64,000 bases of DNA. It comes from a virus. The notes beneath the pieces were generated by a model. It was not told where the DNA came from and did not search any database. It saw only the letters and a list, made by a program, of their open reading frames with translations. The translations under genes were made by a program, and so were the position numbers. The DNA lies in the IMG/VR virus record IMGVR_UViG_3300036760_000689, positions 32,001-96,000 of that record; one strand, written 5' to 3'. Positions 38,494 through 47,907 of the stretch are shown piece by piece (the stretch's first letter is position 1; each line of letters begins with the position of its first letter).

Positions 38494-40776
38494 TTACCTC
38501 ACGAGCCGATGCTGCACGACGATTCCCTTAATTATTTCGCATTCCTTGAGCGTAGCGTAGATCCCAGTCGCACTGGGTGCTGCCGTAGCATATGACAGAC
38601 GGGCGCGGATGATACCAAACATGGGAGTGAATCCTCGCAAACCGGCCATCTGGTTCCCATATGTGATTAGATGCCACGCAAGTCCCATATTATTATCAAT
38701 CCAGGTTGCTCCGTTATCTAAACTGTAGGCCATTTCAATGGGCGTGAAATCCGTACCATCACGATCCCCATATTTCACCTTGATTTCGAGGTTGTATCCG
38801 GCGGCGGGTCTGCTCGCTGTAATGTAATTTGCGGTCGGTGGTATTCCATAGTGGCTCCAGGGATAGATCGTCCCCTCAGTGGCATTCAGGTAACCGTCCG
38901 TCGCCATGAAATCAATATCGGCATTGTTTCTGTAGTTACCCCACAAAATCATTCCCTCAGGAAAGATGTGAACTCCACTGGAATTCGCGTCACAGATGAT
39001 GAGTGAAGATCTGTCCTCTTGTGCGCCGATTGTCCACTGATCCAACTGAACGTCTTCAAAACGGACTCGGAGTTCAATCAAACTCTGATCATCGGGATAG
39101 ATCTCAAAACGGCCCCTGACTCCCCAGAAATCTCCTGGAGTCGTAATTACGTTGTCACCGCCACCATACTTCTGAATCACCTTGCGAATATATTTGCCGC
39201 CGCAACGTACAGACCCATTGGAGGCATCGAAGATCACCGATCCTGTTTGTGGGGACGAATAAATCGGAATCCAGTATCTCCGATCGCTGAAATTATTGAA
39301 GAGGCGAGATGATGCGTAGCCGCGTTTACCTGAAGAATGAACTAAAGTGTTGTCATTTCGACAATAACCATTTTCAAACCAGATTCTCGCTTCCGTACTA
39401 GTCAGGGATACGGGAACCTCGAGGGCAGTAGTTATGAATTCGTCCGTTGACCAATCATCCCAATAGATCAATTGGTCTTCAAGACGTATCGGCCACCATC
39501 CGTGATTGGCTTCGCCGCCTAGATATCCACCATCCTGCCAGCTCATCGGATGTTTGATAACGATCAGGCGCAGATCGGTCATTGTCTGAGGATAAAAGAA
39601 GCCAGTGCAAACCAATGTCGTAGCACTGACAGAACGAACAAGCGCCCACTGGCAATATTGCTCATCCCAAGTCACCCCACCGCCACGCACATCTAAGAGG
39701 ACAAGATCTCCCTCTATTGCCGTGCCGAACCCCGAGGCAGTGCCGTCCGTGAGCGTTTTATAATCATCGTCCAAATTGTAGGAAATCGCGCGACCATCCT
39801 TTTTCATATGATCTACATCGATTCCCTGAAGCAACGTTTTCCAGGTCGCTCCTACTCCATCCTTTAGTTGTACAATGTAGTCGGTGATGACCAATGAATT
39901 GGAACGTGGTCTTTGGGCATTCACAAGGACCGTATTAGTAACAGGTCCATCCTGCAGATATACATCCCATCCACTAGGTTTGTCATCATCCGCCTGCATG
40001 TCGGTATCGACGAATTTGGTTACCTTCGAGGGGGTAACATTCCCATCTGTCCAAACCGAAGGACCTGAAGCATTGACCAATTTCCAGGCATAATACCACC
40101 GGCCTATGGATCCTGACGTAAAGACATACTGAGATCCAGTTTCGTCGGCTATCAATGAGGTGGCGATGATGGCTGTTGTTCCGTCGTGGACGAGTGTTCC
40201 TCCCTCAGAAGGTGTCCGCAAATCATATTGGGCCTGAACAGGTGATCCGCTTGACACGAGTTTGGCTCGGAACTCGGCTGAATAAATCCCATCAGTATTT
40301 TTGAAAGCTTTTACTCGAGACATCGTCTCGGATCCGCGCCTAATCGCCCGTTGGAGCAGCCAGTCTGGAGTATTTAATATAACAGTCGTCCCGCCGACAG
40401 TGATCACTTCATAGGTGACCGTTCCTGTGTATGTGACGGTGACGGCATGATTATTTTCAATGCGGATGTAGAGTTTGCTGGTCGATGAAAGATCCTCATA
40501 AGGGAAGAGAAAGCCCTGGTTCCGCTCCGAGATGATGACCCCACTCTCTTCGCACGGGTCAATTAAACTTCCTGAATATTCCTTGGTCGCATAAATCAGA
40601 TCGGCATCCGCATAGGTGCCGTTTTTGTACATAAACACCTTGGTCGGAGCGTTGAAGATCGAGGGAACGATCTTGATTTTCACGACATTGATGGAATTCG
40701 ACACCGCAACGTTGAAGTTCAGATAGGACCCTGCGGCGATCGTTTTGGTGAAACTGACAGTCTGGAATCTAGCCAT
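38494..40776 (-). CDS. Large tail protein, paralog 1 of 3
   Basis: MARFQTVSFT; GRWYYAWKL...WTDGNVTP; QRPRSNS. Confidence 0.7.
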   Translation of the reverse strand: MARFQTVSFTKTIAAGSYLNFNVAVSNSINVVKIKIVPSIFNAPTKVFMYKNGTYADADLIYATKEYSGSLIDPCEESGVIISERNQGFLFPYEDLSSTSKLYIRIENNHAVTVTYTGTVTYEVITVGGTTVILNTPDWLLQRAIRRGSETMSRVKAFKNTDGIYSAEFRAKLVSSGSPVQAQYDLRTPSEGGTLVHDGTTAIIATSLIADETGSQYVFTSGSIGRWYYAWKLVNASGPSVWTDGNVTPSKVTKFVDTDMQADDDKPSGWDVYLQDGPVTNTVLVNAQRPRSNSLVITDYIVQLKDGVGATWKTLLQGIDVDHMKKDGRAISYNLDDDYKTLTDGTASGFGTAIEGDLVLLDVRGGGVTWDEQYCQWALVRSVSATTLVCTGFFYPQTMTDLRLIVIKHPMSWQDGGYLGGEANHGWWPIRLEDQLIYWDDWSTDEFITTALEVPVSLTSTEARIWFENGYCRNDNTLVHSSGKRGYASSRLFNNFSDRRYWIPIYSSPQTGSVIFDASNGSVRCGGKYIRKVIQKYGGGDNVITTPGDFWGVRGRFEIYPDDQSLIELRVRFEDVQLDQWTIGAQEDRSSLIICDANSSGVHIFPEGMILWGNYRNNADIDFMATDGYLNATEGTIYPWSHYGIPPTANYITASRPAAGYNLEIKVKYGDRDGTDFTPIEMAYSLDNGATWIDNNMGLAWHLITYGNQMAGLRGFTPMFGIIRARLSYATAAPSATGIYATLKECEIIKGIVVQHRLVR

Positions 40777-40782
40777 GGTTGC

Positions 40783-41169
40783 CTAGCACCGGGCCATTTG
40801 GATTTTGAAGGTAAAGTTGATAATCCCGCCAATTGCCAACGTGGTTCCGGGAGCCTTAACCTCCCTGAGTAACATGTTTCCACCGGATCCAGCGTCAAAA
40901 AGACCCCATTCCGTAATCGTCAATACGGCATTCGCCGTAAGCGACCCACTCACCTGATAAGTATCGCCGACCTGGGTGATCGTGATGATGGAGGATACGG
41001 CGGTCGCACGTGTATATCCGCCCGTTGTATCTTCGGTGGCTAAATGGATATCGGCATTGGTCGGGCCAGTCGTACCAATTCCCCAACCGATATAAAGAGG
41101 CTCATCGCCGACACCCTTGATGCGATTGGCGAGAATGTTAAGCCCCTTATTTGTGATCACTTTGGCCAT
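40783..41169 (-). CDS. Tail collar/fibre-base-like protein
   Basis: ITNKG...YIGWGIGT...ITEWGLFDAGSGGNML pattern common in phage tail proteins. Confidence 0.65.
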   Translation of the reverse strand: MAKVITNKGLNILANRIKGVGDEPLYIGWGIGTTGPTNADIHLATEDTTGGYTRATAVSSIITITQVGDTYQVSGSLTANAVLTITEWGLFDAGSGGNMLLREVKAPGTTLAIGGIINFTFKIQMARC

Positions 41170-41178
41170 TGTTCCCCC

Positions 41179-41568
41179 TTAAGGTTCGTGTGTCTGACCT
41201 TTAACCTCTTCCAAATACCAGAGAAGCGCATATCTCCATTGAACCCAACCCACCGCGATGGCTATTGATTGATCCTTGAGCAGATCCACAAGCCAGTCCA
41301 ATTGACCCATTGTAATCGTGATCTCATTGCTATTTGGCTGCTCGCTTTCTACCAATGTTTCTTGCCAGACCGCCCATATCTTGCCCTCAAGAGGATTCAT
41401 TCCTTTTGGGAATTTGGCTTGAACCAGACTGCAGATCACCATTCTGCTGCCATCCCCGATATCGGCGAGGTGATCCCTGTCGGCCTTCAATAAGGCTATC
41501 TTGGGTTTGGTCAAATCGATCACAACCTCTTTCGCCGATTCATTCAATCTTTGACCGACAATTCCCAT
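41179..41568 (-). CDS. Putative fibre assembly chaperone, paralog of 53584..54003
   Basis: PxGM...W...QE, TxGxxxWL, VQWxxALLxYL shared with the paralog; follows a fibre gene. Confidence 0.55.
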   Translation of the reverse strand: MGIVGQRLNESAKEVVIDLTKPKIALLKADRDHLADIGDGSRMVICSLVQAKFPKGMNPLEGKIWAVWQETLVESEQPNSNEITITMGQLDWLVDLLKDQSIAIAVGWVQWRYALLWYLEEVKGQTHEP

Positions 41569-41580
41569 GATTTATCCTCG

Positions 41581-42348
41581 CTAGTTCCAAACAGGAATCC
41601 ATGCCCTGCCATCATCGGATAGGGTGATCGGCAACCAACCACTCTGGGCGGCACTCTGGGGACCCTCTTCGGTCTCATATCCGATAACGACATGAGCGCC
41701 TGAACCAGCATCGGCAATTACGGGTATGCCGAACTTAACCGTTGAGTCTGCGGCAATAAGAGTGAGCGGAGATCCTAATTGTCCTGAGGTATGGTTGTAA
41801 AACGACAAATCAGTTGAGTTACCAAGCAGACCCACTGACCACCCATATGTAGTATCTACACCCCGCATAAATCTTATTAGGGCTTCAAACGAAACATAGT
41901 AACTGCGGATGGTCATACGAGTATTGTCCGAACTTGTGAGATCTAAGGTGGCACCCATCGCGGCATGAAAGAATGCATGGGTACTAGAAAAATTCGCCGT
42001 AGAACCTATTCCCATAGCGCCATCTGCCAGGACTGCGAAACAGGGATCTTGACCGTGAATTAGCACGGCCATAAGAATTGATTGGCTGTCGTAGGCGGTC
42101 TCGGTAACGTCGATCTGAAATCCGGTAAACTTAACGGCGGCATTGTTCCAGGTGACATTATATGAGAAAGGAGCGTTCGCCGTTATCGTGCCGTGATTGA
42201 TGGTTACTTGGCCGGTGAATGTCGGAGATACGGATGGGGCAAAACCAGTGTGACCTGACGCCGCGAAGGTCAAATTAGTTAAAGCCGCGTGATCCGTAAC
42301 ACCAGGAGACCCACCGCCTCCAGCCATTCCAAGATAACTGACGCCCAT
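41581..42348 (-). CDS. Short fibre-like protein
   Basis: N-terminal DHAALTNLTFAASGHTGFAP shared with two other fibres; beta-rich body. Confidence 0.6.
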   Translation of the reverse strand: MGVSYLGMAGGGGSPGVTDHAALTNLTFAASGHTGFAPSVSPTFTGQVTINHGTITANAPFSYNVTWNNAAVKFTGFQIDVTETAYDSQSILMAVLIHGQDPCFAVLADGAMGIGSTANFSSTHAFFHAAMGATLDLTSSDNTRMTIRSYYVSFEALIRFMRGVDTTYGWSVGLLGNSTDLSFYNHTSGQLGSPLTLIAADSTVKFGIPVIADAGSGAHVVIGYETEEGPQSAAQSGWLPITLSDDGRAWIPVWN

Positions 42349-42360
42349 GGTTTTGGCTCC

Positions 42361-42660
42361 TTAGAAGACTTCATAAAAAAAGTTGACGCCGTCTCCCATT
42401 TCACCGATGAGGTAGATCTCGGAGAGATTAACGCAGTTCTGTCCAGTTCCACCAAGGGTCAAGACTGGAATTTGACCAGTAGTGGGCGGGACGGCGATTT
42501 CGATGCCTCGGATGGCGGCTACGGTGTGGTCACCAAGCATAAATGCTGCGTTATTGCCACGGATTGCTTGGATCAGAACCTGATTGCAGATTACCGTTGT
42601 TGCCGACAGAGGTTCAGCGCTCGTGGTCGAAAGCACCTTTTGGGATAGAATCCAACTCAT
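42361..42660 (-). CDS. Small virion protein, probable paralog of 52885..53211
   Basis: Similar pattern ending (L/M)Sx(I/V)Y(L/I)...GDGV. Confidence 0.55.
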   Translation of the reverse strand: MSWILSQKVLSTTSAEPLSATTVICNQVLIQAIRGNNAAFMLGDHTVAAIRGIEIAVPPTTGQIPVLTLGGTGQNCVNLSEIYLIGEMGDGVNFFYEVF

Positions 42661-42669
42661 GATGCCCTC

Positions 42670-42912
42670 CTACGGGATCTGTCTGCCCTTATCCGTCCCA
42701 TTTGGAAGATCTTCGTCATCCAAGACGAACGGTGTTATGAATTGACCCCCTGCCTTGGTACCGCAATCTGGAATGGCGAAGTTCATGCTGGGATCATCTG
42801 GGGATCGGCCCTCCGGGATCTTGTGACCCGTTGGGGCCTGGTTGTAAGTCCGTTGTGATCTCTCGGGTGGATTTGGTATTTCTTTTCTTGCCATAATTCC
42901 TCCAAACATCAT
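42670..42912 (-). CDS. Hypothetical protein
   Basis: ORF fills the gap; probable start MARKE after GGAGG. Confidence 0.45.
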   Translation of the reverse strand: MMFGGIMARKEIPNPPERSQRTYNQAPTGHKIPEGRSPDDPSMNFAIPDCGTKAGGQFITPFVLDDEDLPNGTDKGRQIP

Positions 42913-42913
42913 C

Positions 42914-43567
42914 TTACAATTGTTCTGTCAATCCCCAAGTGGCTTTTGAGTAATCCTCTTCCCCGATCGGAGTCTGACAAGCCATTTGCCGTACCAGGAT
43001 CCTACTGTCGCACCAGCACTTGAATCCCAGAAGCATGGCACGTCTGCAAAAGTCAATATCCTCTCCGATTGTCAGATCCAACGTTGGACGGAAATAAGGT
43101 GACTCCATGGCCTTGAAGACTTCCATCTTAACCAGCATGACTCCAGTTCCCACACCTCCAGAACATTCAAATAATGCCTTTTTGGGATAATCCCAGATGG
43201 GAACTGGTCGGCCATTGGTTCCAGATTCGAAACATAAGGGTTTTATTGGAGGGCCAGCCGTGAAAAACAATGGGACAACAATATCCACATCATCTGCCAG
43301 AAGATGATCAATCAGTTTCTGGGGACAAACCATGTCATCGTCAATCTGGAGAAGATGTGAGCAACCCTTTTGCTGGGCTATGCGAACCGCTCCTTCACGA
43401 ACAGGAATGATCTTGACCTTTGGACCTCCTACCATCCAACAAACCGCGTAACGTCCTTCCAGTTCGGCCCTGCCGGTTTCCTGCGACAGGATAAGGAAAT
43501 GTATGAAAGGATATGGCTCCACGGCATGATAATTCGGTACTGAAACGAGAATTCTAGGAATCGACAT
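42914..43567 (-). CDS. Glycosyltransferase family 2-like protein
   Basis: HLLQIDDDM (DxD), GVGTGVMLVKMEVF, GEDIDFCRRA. Confidence 0.85.
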   Translation of the reverse strand: MSIPRILVSVPNYHAVEPYPFIHFLILSQETGRAELEGRYAVCWMVGGPKVKIIPVREGAVRIAQQKGCSHLLQIDDDMVCPQKLIDHLLADDVDIVVPLFFTAGPPIKPLCFESGTNGRPVPIWDYPKKALFECSGGVGTGVMLVKMEVFKAMESPYFRPTLDLTIGEDIDFCRRAMLLGFKCWCDSRILVRQMACQTPIGEEDYSKATWGLTEQL

Positions 43568-43596
43568 ATTGCTTATCCTGTGATACAGTCTGCGAC

Positions 43597-44151
43597 ATGA
43601 TGAACACCGAACTTAGACCAGATGAGTCCAGGCGCAAGGAATATGTCGTCAAAACCTGTCCATGTTGTGGAAAAGAGTTTCCTCTCGTTCCTTGGCAAGC
43701 GCGAGGGAAGAGGCAGAGACGGTTTTGTAGTAAACCATGCTCTTCCAGGTTCAATGAGACCGGCAAGATCAAAAGCCCGAGGCAGAAGATGGAATGTCCA
43801 ATCTGCGGAACCACCTACACCAGAACAAAGGGGGAGGCATTGGCTAGACGCAGAGAGACATGCTCCCGAGAATGCGGTTTTAAGAGCATGGCAATCAGAA
43901 AGACCAAAACGGAATTTGGGAGCGCCCCCAACGTTCACAGAGATAATCTCAGGAAAATAAGACCGATGGAACGATGTGAACTCTGCGGATGGAACGCCGA
44001 GCCAAGAATTCTTCAAATGCATCACATGGACGGCAATGATAAGAATGGCAATCCAGAGAATCTCAAATGGTTGTGTCCAAACTGTCATTCCCTTGAACAT
44101 TTGCGCTCCAAGACTGGGTGGTATGCATCCATTCGAAAACGAGCCTCATAA
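43597..44151 (+). CDS. HNH homing endonuclease, antisense to the operon
   Basis: CPCCGKEF...FCSKPC repeats; CELCG...MHHMDG...NPENLKWLCPNCHSLEH. Confidence 0.9.
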   Translation: MMNTELRPDESRRKEYVVKTCPCCGKEFPLVPWQARGKRQRRFCSKPCSSRFNETGKIKSPRQKMECPICGTTYTRTKGEALARRRETCSRECGFKSMAIRKTKTEFGSAPNVHRDNLRKIRPMERCELCGWNAEPRILQMHHMDGNDKNGNPENLKWLCPNCHSLEHLRSKTGWYASIRKRAS

Positions 44152-44162
44152 TCCCCATAACC

Positions 44163-45344
44163 CTATACGCTGCCGAGAGTTGAGTCAATGTCATGGCTCT
44201 GCCAATAGTTGGCACCATGCTGGGTAAAGGGGTACCTCGAATACGCCCACTGAAGGTTCTGCATGTAGACGGAATCATCGGCAAAGACAGCCCATTCAAG
44301 ATCAGACAGGAATTGTTGCAAAAAACCTGCCGCAACATTGGGATCATAATAGGCGCTCTTCCGATTGTGGATCATGACATCGGCAAGTGCGCCGTGAACC
44401 AAGAGATGTGACGGAATGCATGGCGGGGGAGTATCCTCATCTTCCGCTAGGTTCGGAATTGTCCGATAGGCAAGATAGGGGAATCCTTGTTCCATGCTCG
44501 GTGTCGGGTAGAGTTCATACTGCATGCGTCCGATCTCATCCGGGATGTAATCAACCATCATGTAGACCCATCCAGTGGTCTGCCGCCAAGCATCATAGGT
44601 ATTCAGGACTTCCTGGGGCATGTTAAGTCTGAGCCGCCAACCCTGGGCCGTATTCAGGACAGACCAGACCATTCTCAGGTTCTGCTCCAGGGTCACGTAA
44701 GCTTGGCAGATCTGGTAGGCAGACAGAGATTGGGAGTTGTGGCCCCAAGGAAGATCGAGCGTTAGGTGCTGATCCGCTGATACCCCGATGATATTGTAGA
44801 ACGGCCTAGTGGTTCCAAGACGGAACTGCCGCCTCGACAGGATCGACTTATAGATTGTGGAATGCGCTGCATGCGCAACGGTGGGTTTGGCCTGGAAAGA
44901 TGAGGAGGTCACGGAAAGGACTAGAAGATACTCCTGATCTGCCGCCCCGTCACTGATGTTGAGCCAGTCCCCCGCGTTGATCCCAGTCATCGAGTCTGGG
45001 GTGATATCCTGATATTCGCCCGGATAGAGAATCGCGTTTGTAAGATGAGTAGCAATATCCTGGTAGGACCAAGAGGTACCCGTGCCTGTGACGAGCTTTG
45101 ACCCACGGGTCACGGTTATTGTGCCAGTCGTGTAAGCTGCTGGAATCGACAGTTCCCCACGCACAAGCAGACCGCCCCACATTCGGCGGTCTTGCACTTG
45201 GCGTAGGCGAGTATTGATACGCCTCTTCGCTAACTGCGGCGGACAGTCAGGATTGTAACTCAAAACGTGGTCGATCATTTGTCGGAAATTTTCCTGTACC
45301 GCTCCGCCCCCTGCCATTGGTTGCGTCGGGCCTGTTATTGGCAT
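44163..45344 (-). CDS. Head-tail adaptor/head-completion protein with inserted beta domain
   Basis: YTTGTITVT insert, YELYPTP, HLLVHGALAD; first intact gene after the capsid decoration genes. Confidence 0.65.
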   Translation of the reverse strand: MPITGPTQPMAGGGAVQENFRQMIDHVLSYNPDCPPQLAKRRINTRLRQVQDRRMWGGLLVRGELSIPAAYTTGTITVTRGSKLVTGTGTSWSYQDIATHLTNAILYPGEYQDITPDSMTGINAGDWLNISDGAADQEYLLVLSVTSSSFQAKPTVAHAAHSTIYKSILSRRQFRLGTTRPFYNIIGVSADQHLTLDLPWGHNSQSLSAYQICQAYVTLEQNLRMVWSVLNTAQGWRLRLNMPQEVLNTYDAWRQTTGWVYMMVDYIPDEIGRMQYELYPTPSMEQGFPYLAYRTIPNLAEDEDTPPPCIPSHLLVHGALADVMIHNRKSAYYDPNVAAGFLQQFLSDLEWAVFADDSVYMQNLQWAYSRYPFTQHGANYWQSHDIDSTLGSV

Positions 45345-45391
45345 ATGGCCCCCGCTGGACTTCCTTCGTATGATGATCTACAATCCACGAT

Positions 45392-45621
45392 ATGGAGAAA
45401 ACCTGCACAAAATGCCTTAACTCCTTCCCCATTGAGCACTTTCACCTTAAAGGAAATCTTGACAGGATAAAGAAGGCAGGCCAACAATATCGCAAAACCC
45501 ACGCCGAGGAAGTTCGCACGTCGTCCCGCTGTCCCTTGGCGGCGGCAATGGCATTGACAATATCCAGCCCCTCTGTGGAACCTGCAATAGCTCCAAGCAG
45601 GCCAAGGCCGTCCGCCACTAG
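45392..45621 (+). pseudogene. Internally deleted, frameshifted HNH endonuclease
   Basis: The first frame gives MEKTCTKCLNSFPIEHF...; the -1 frame from 45517 gives HVVPLSLGGGNGIDNIQPLCGTCNSSK...*, similar to the C-terminus of 20384..21007. Confidence 0.8.
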
Positions 45622-45630
45622 GCATGATTC

Positions 45631-45680
45631 CCTCGTGCAAATGCCGGGGCCGCTACAGACCCCGGCCATATTGCGCAGGC
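45631..45680 (-). terminator. Hairpin/putative terminator after the decoration genes
   Basis: GCCGGGGTC-loop-GGCCCCGGC with an extendable stem; weak U-tract (ATTTG). Confidence 0.5.
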
Positions 45681-45683
45681 TTC

Positions 45684-45932
45684 TTATTTGAAGCCGATAG
45701 CCAGAATGCTGGTCGCGCCGTATGAACCACTGAGAATGAACGTGATGGTTCCCCCACTTACCGTATATCCACCTGTCTGTCCACTGGTTGCGTTGGTGAA
45801 ACTAACGTGGTCGATGGCTGACAGTCCGGTAGGGAAGGTATCACCATTGTCGATCGAAGCGGTCTTAGCAACAACCCCATCCCGGCTACCGAGGGACAGA
45901 TTCTCTTTTAGCGTAGTTGTGATAACAGGCAT
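45684..45932 (-). CDS. Small capsid decoration protein (type B, copy 2)
   Basis: NLSLGSRDGVVAK...GDT...TVSGGTITF...GFK. Confidence 0.65.
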   Translation of the reverse strand: MPVITTTLKENLSLGSRDGVVAKTASIDNGDTFPTGLSAIDHVSFTNATSGQTGGYTVSGGTITFILSGSYGATSILAIGFK

Positions 45933-45941
45933 TGTCCCCCC

Positions 45942-46496
45942 TTAAAAGGTCATCATGTTGTGCAACAGAACAGCCGCCACGCCGGCAAGATCCTCTTCGA
46001 GGGCTACTCCGAATGGGATCGCCGTCGAGTTGGCATCCGCAGCGTCTCGCCCGAAGGTTAGATCGGTCGTACTATAGATCATAAGATCGCCAACATCGGT
46101 GGCACGATCAACCAGACAGTCGGCTACACCGCCAACCTGAATCCAGGTATAATGGCCATGCGTAACCGCGCAGCCCAGAATGCCAGCGATCAGATTCCAA
46201 CCGTTTGTGGCTCCCATCCGCAACGCATATGCCGTGCAAACCTCGAATTTGCCCTCATCGGATAAATCGAGTTCATGCCAGTAGACCACACCATTTGCCG
46301 CTGCCGCGACAGAAACTGCGTCTACCTTGACATAACGATAGACTTGACCCTTGAAACGCAATAACGTTCCGAGAGGTGCCTTCTGAACTGCATCGTTGGT
46401 GTTGGCAATGCCTCCACCAACGCTCAGATCTGGAGGAACCTCAACGATCTCGTTCGACCCGAAGGTGAACAATCCATCTTTCAATTGAATAGTCAT
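45942..46496 (-). CDS. Capsid decoration/cement protein (type A, copy 3)
   Basis: KAPLGTL.R..G..YRYVK and WIQVGG motifs. Confidence 0.7.
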   Translation of the reverse strand: MTIQLKDGLFTFGSNEIVEVPPDLSVGGGIANTNDAVQKAPLGTLLRFKGQVYRYVKVDAVSVAAAANGVVYWHELDLSDEGKFEVCTAYALRMGATNGWNLIAGILGCAVTHGHYTWIQVGGVADCLVDRATDVGDLMIYSTTDLTFGRDAADANSTAIPFGVALEEDLAGVAAVLLHNMMTF

Positions 46497-46508
46497 TGTG
46501 ATTCCTCC

Positions 46509-47078
46509 TTAGAAACTCGCCAAAACACCTGGCAGAATCAGTACATAAGACTTGTTGCTGCTCACGGAACTGAGGGCAATGGCGAAAACGACGGACGTAA
46601 TCTCCGCAGTTGCGCCTGCGATCCGGTTGAAATACATGGTATCATCAGCCGTACCGATCATCTTGTCTCCAGCCACGGTTGAAGCAGCTACAAACGCATA
46701 ACCATATCCACCAACCTGAATCCAGGTGCAGTAACCATCGGTTACTGTGCAGAGTAGCACACCCGCGATGGCATTAAGACCAGCCAAAGCATAGGTGTAG
46801 TCTCCAGTTACCGAAAACTTTCCCGCCCCTGGATCAAATTGAGTGGTATGCCAAAACATGACAGATCCTAATACCGCTGTGTTCGAGTTCGTCTGTTTTA
46901 CGAACTTGACGTAGCGATATAGTTTGCCCTTATACCGATACAAGGTTCCCAAAGGAACCTTAGCCGTCGCATCATTGGTGTTTGCAATTCCACCGAAGGG
47001 GGAAGCGACTAGATCGGGAGGAATTTCCACCGTCTGAGCATTCCCGAAGGCGGACAAGCCATCACCATAAACAGACAT
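46509..47078 (-). CDS. Capsid decoration/cement protein (type A, copy 2)
   Basis: KVPLGTLYRYKGKLYRYVK and WIQVGG. Confidence 0.7.
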   Translation of the reverse strand: MSVYGDGLSAFGNAQTVEIPPDLVASPFGGIANTNDATAKVPLGTLYRYKGKLYRYVKFVKQTNSNTAVLGSVMFWHTTQFDPGAGKFSVTGDYTYALAGLNAIAGVLLCTVTDGYCTWIQVGGYGYAFVAASTVAGDKMIGTADDTMYFNRIAGATAEITSVVFAIALSSVSSNKSYVLILPGVLASF

Positions 47079-47093
47079 AAAGCCTCCTTTAGG

Positions 47094-47348
47094 TCACTTG
47101 AAACCGAGAACGAAAACGGTGGTGACGCCCAACGTAGCATCGCCACCACCAACCTTGAAGGTGATGATACCGCCTGATACGGTACATCCCACTGTGTGCA
47201 ATCCGCTGGCATCCACGATCTCCACGTGTTCGATGACGCTCATGGGACTTTCCCAGGTGTCGCCTTCGGCAACAGTGGTGAACTTCGCAACGACGCCATC
47301 GCGGTTTCCGAGTGATAGATTTGCGAGTTGAGTAGGAGTAATTGCCAT
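47094..47348 (-). CDS. Small capsid decoration protein (type B, copy 1)
   Basis: NLSLGNRDGVVAK...GDT...TVSGGIITF...GFK; start moved to the ATG after GGAGG. Confidence 0.65.
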   Translation of the reverse strand: MAITPTQLANLSLGNRDGVVAKFTTVAEGDTWESPMSVIEHVEIVDASGLHTVGCTVSGGIITFKVGGGDATLGVTTVFVLGFK

Positions 47349-47356
47349 GAGTCCTC

Positions 47357-47896
47357 CTACCAATCAAGGTTCTGAAGGAGGACCTTGCCATAGGAATCCG
47401 TAACGGACCCCAACTCGATCATCACGCCGAAGACCATCGCATCTGCGCCAGTAGTGGGAGCTACGGCAGCGAACTTCTTATCCGTCGCGCTGTACTTCAT
47501 CTTGATGCCCGGAACGGCTCCCGCCACATAATCCCCAGGCAAGACTGTGAAATCGATGAGAGCACTGGCTACACCGCCAACCTGAATCCAGGTATAGTAT
47601 CCGTCCGTCACCACGCAACCGAGGACGCCCGCGACAAGGTTTTTGCCGATGCCATCACTCATGTCAGTAGTAACTGTGAAGACGCCGTTGGCTGGATCGA
47701 GGGCATACCAGTGCACGACCCCTATGGCAACGGCAGCTACGCCCTGGGCATCAAATTTCACATAGCGCCAGATCTTACCGTTTTCACGATACAAGGCCCC
47801 CAAAGGGGCCTTGGCCGTAGCATGGTTGGCCGTTCCGGGGGAGGACGGAACTTCCGCCGTCTGATCACTGCCAAACAGAAACAATCCGTCAGTCAT
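47357..47896 (-). CDS. Capsid decoration/cement protein (type A, copy 1)
   Basis: Directly after the MCP; KAPLGALYRENGKIWRYVK and WIQVGG. Confidence 0.7.
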   Translation of the reverse strand: MTDGLFLFGSDQTAEVPSSPGTANHATAKAPLGALYRENGKIWRYVKFDAQGVAAVAIGVVHWYALDPANGVFTVTTDMSDGIGKNLVAGVLGCVVTDGYYTWIQVGGVASALIDFTVLPGDYVAGAVPGIKMKYSATDKKFAAVAPTTGADAMVFGVMIELGSVTDSYGKVLLQNLDW

Positions 47897-47907
47897 GGAT
47901 GCCCCCC

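Noticed and set aside
22021-40776. Diversity-generating retroelement acting on the paralogous tail genes
   Set aside because: No reverse transcriptase and no adenine-specific template/variable repeat pair were seen in the window.
43554-44100. Minus-strand ORFs opposite the HNH gene
   Set aside because: The plus-strand frame has clear HNH and Zn-finger motifs; the minus-strand frames have none.
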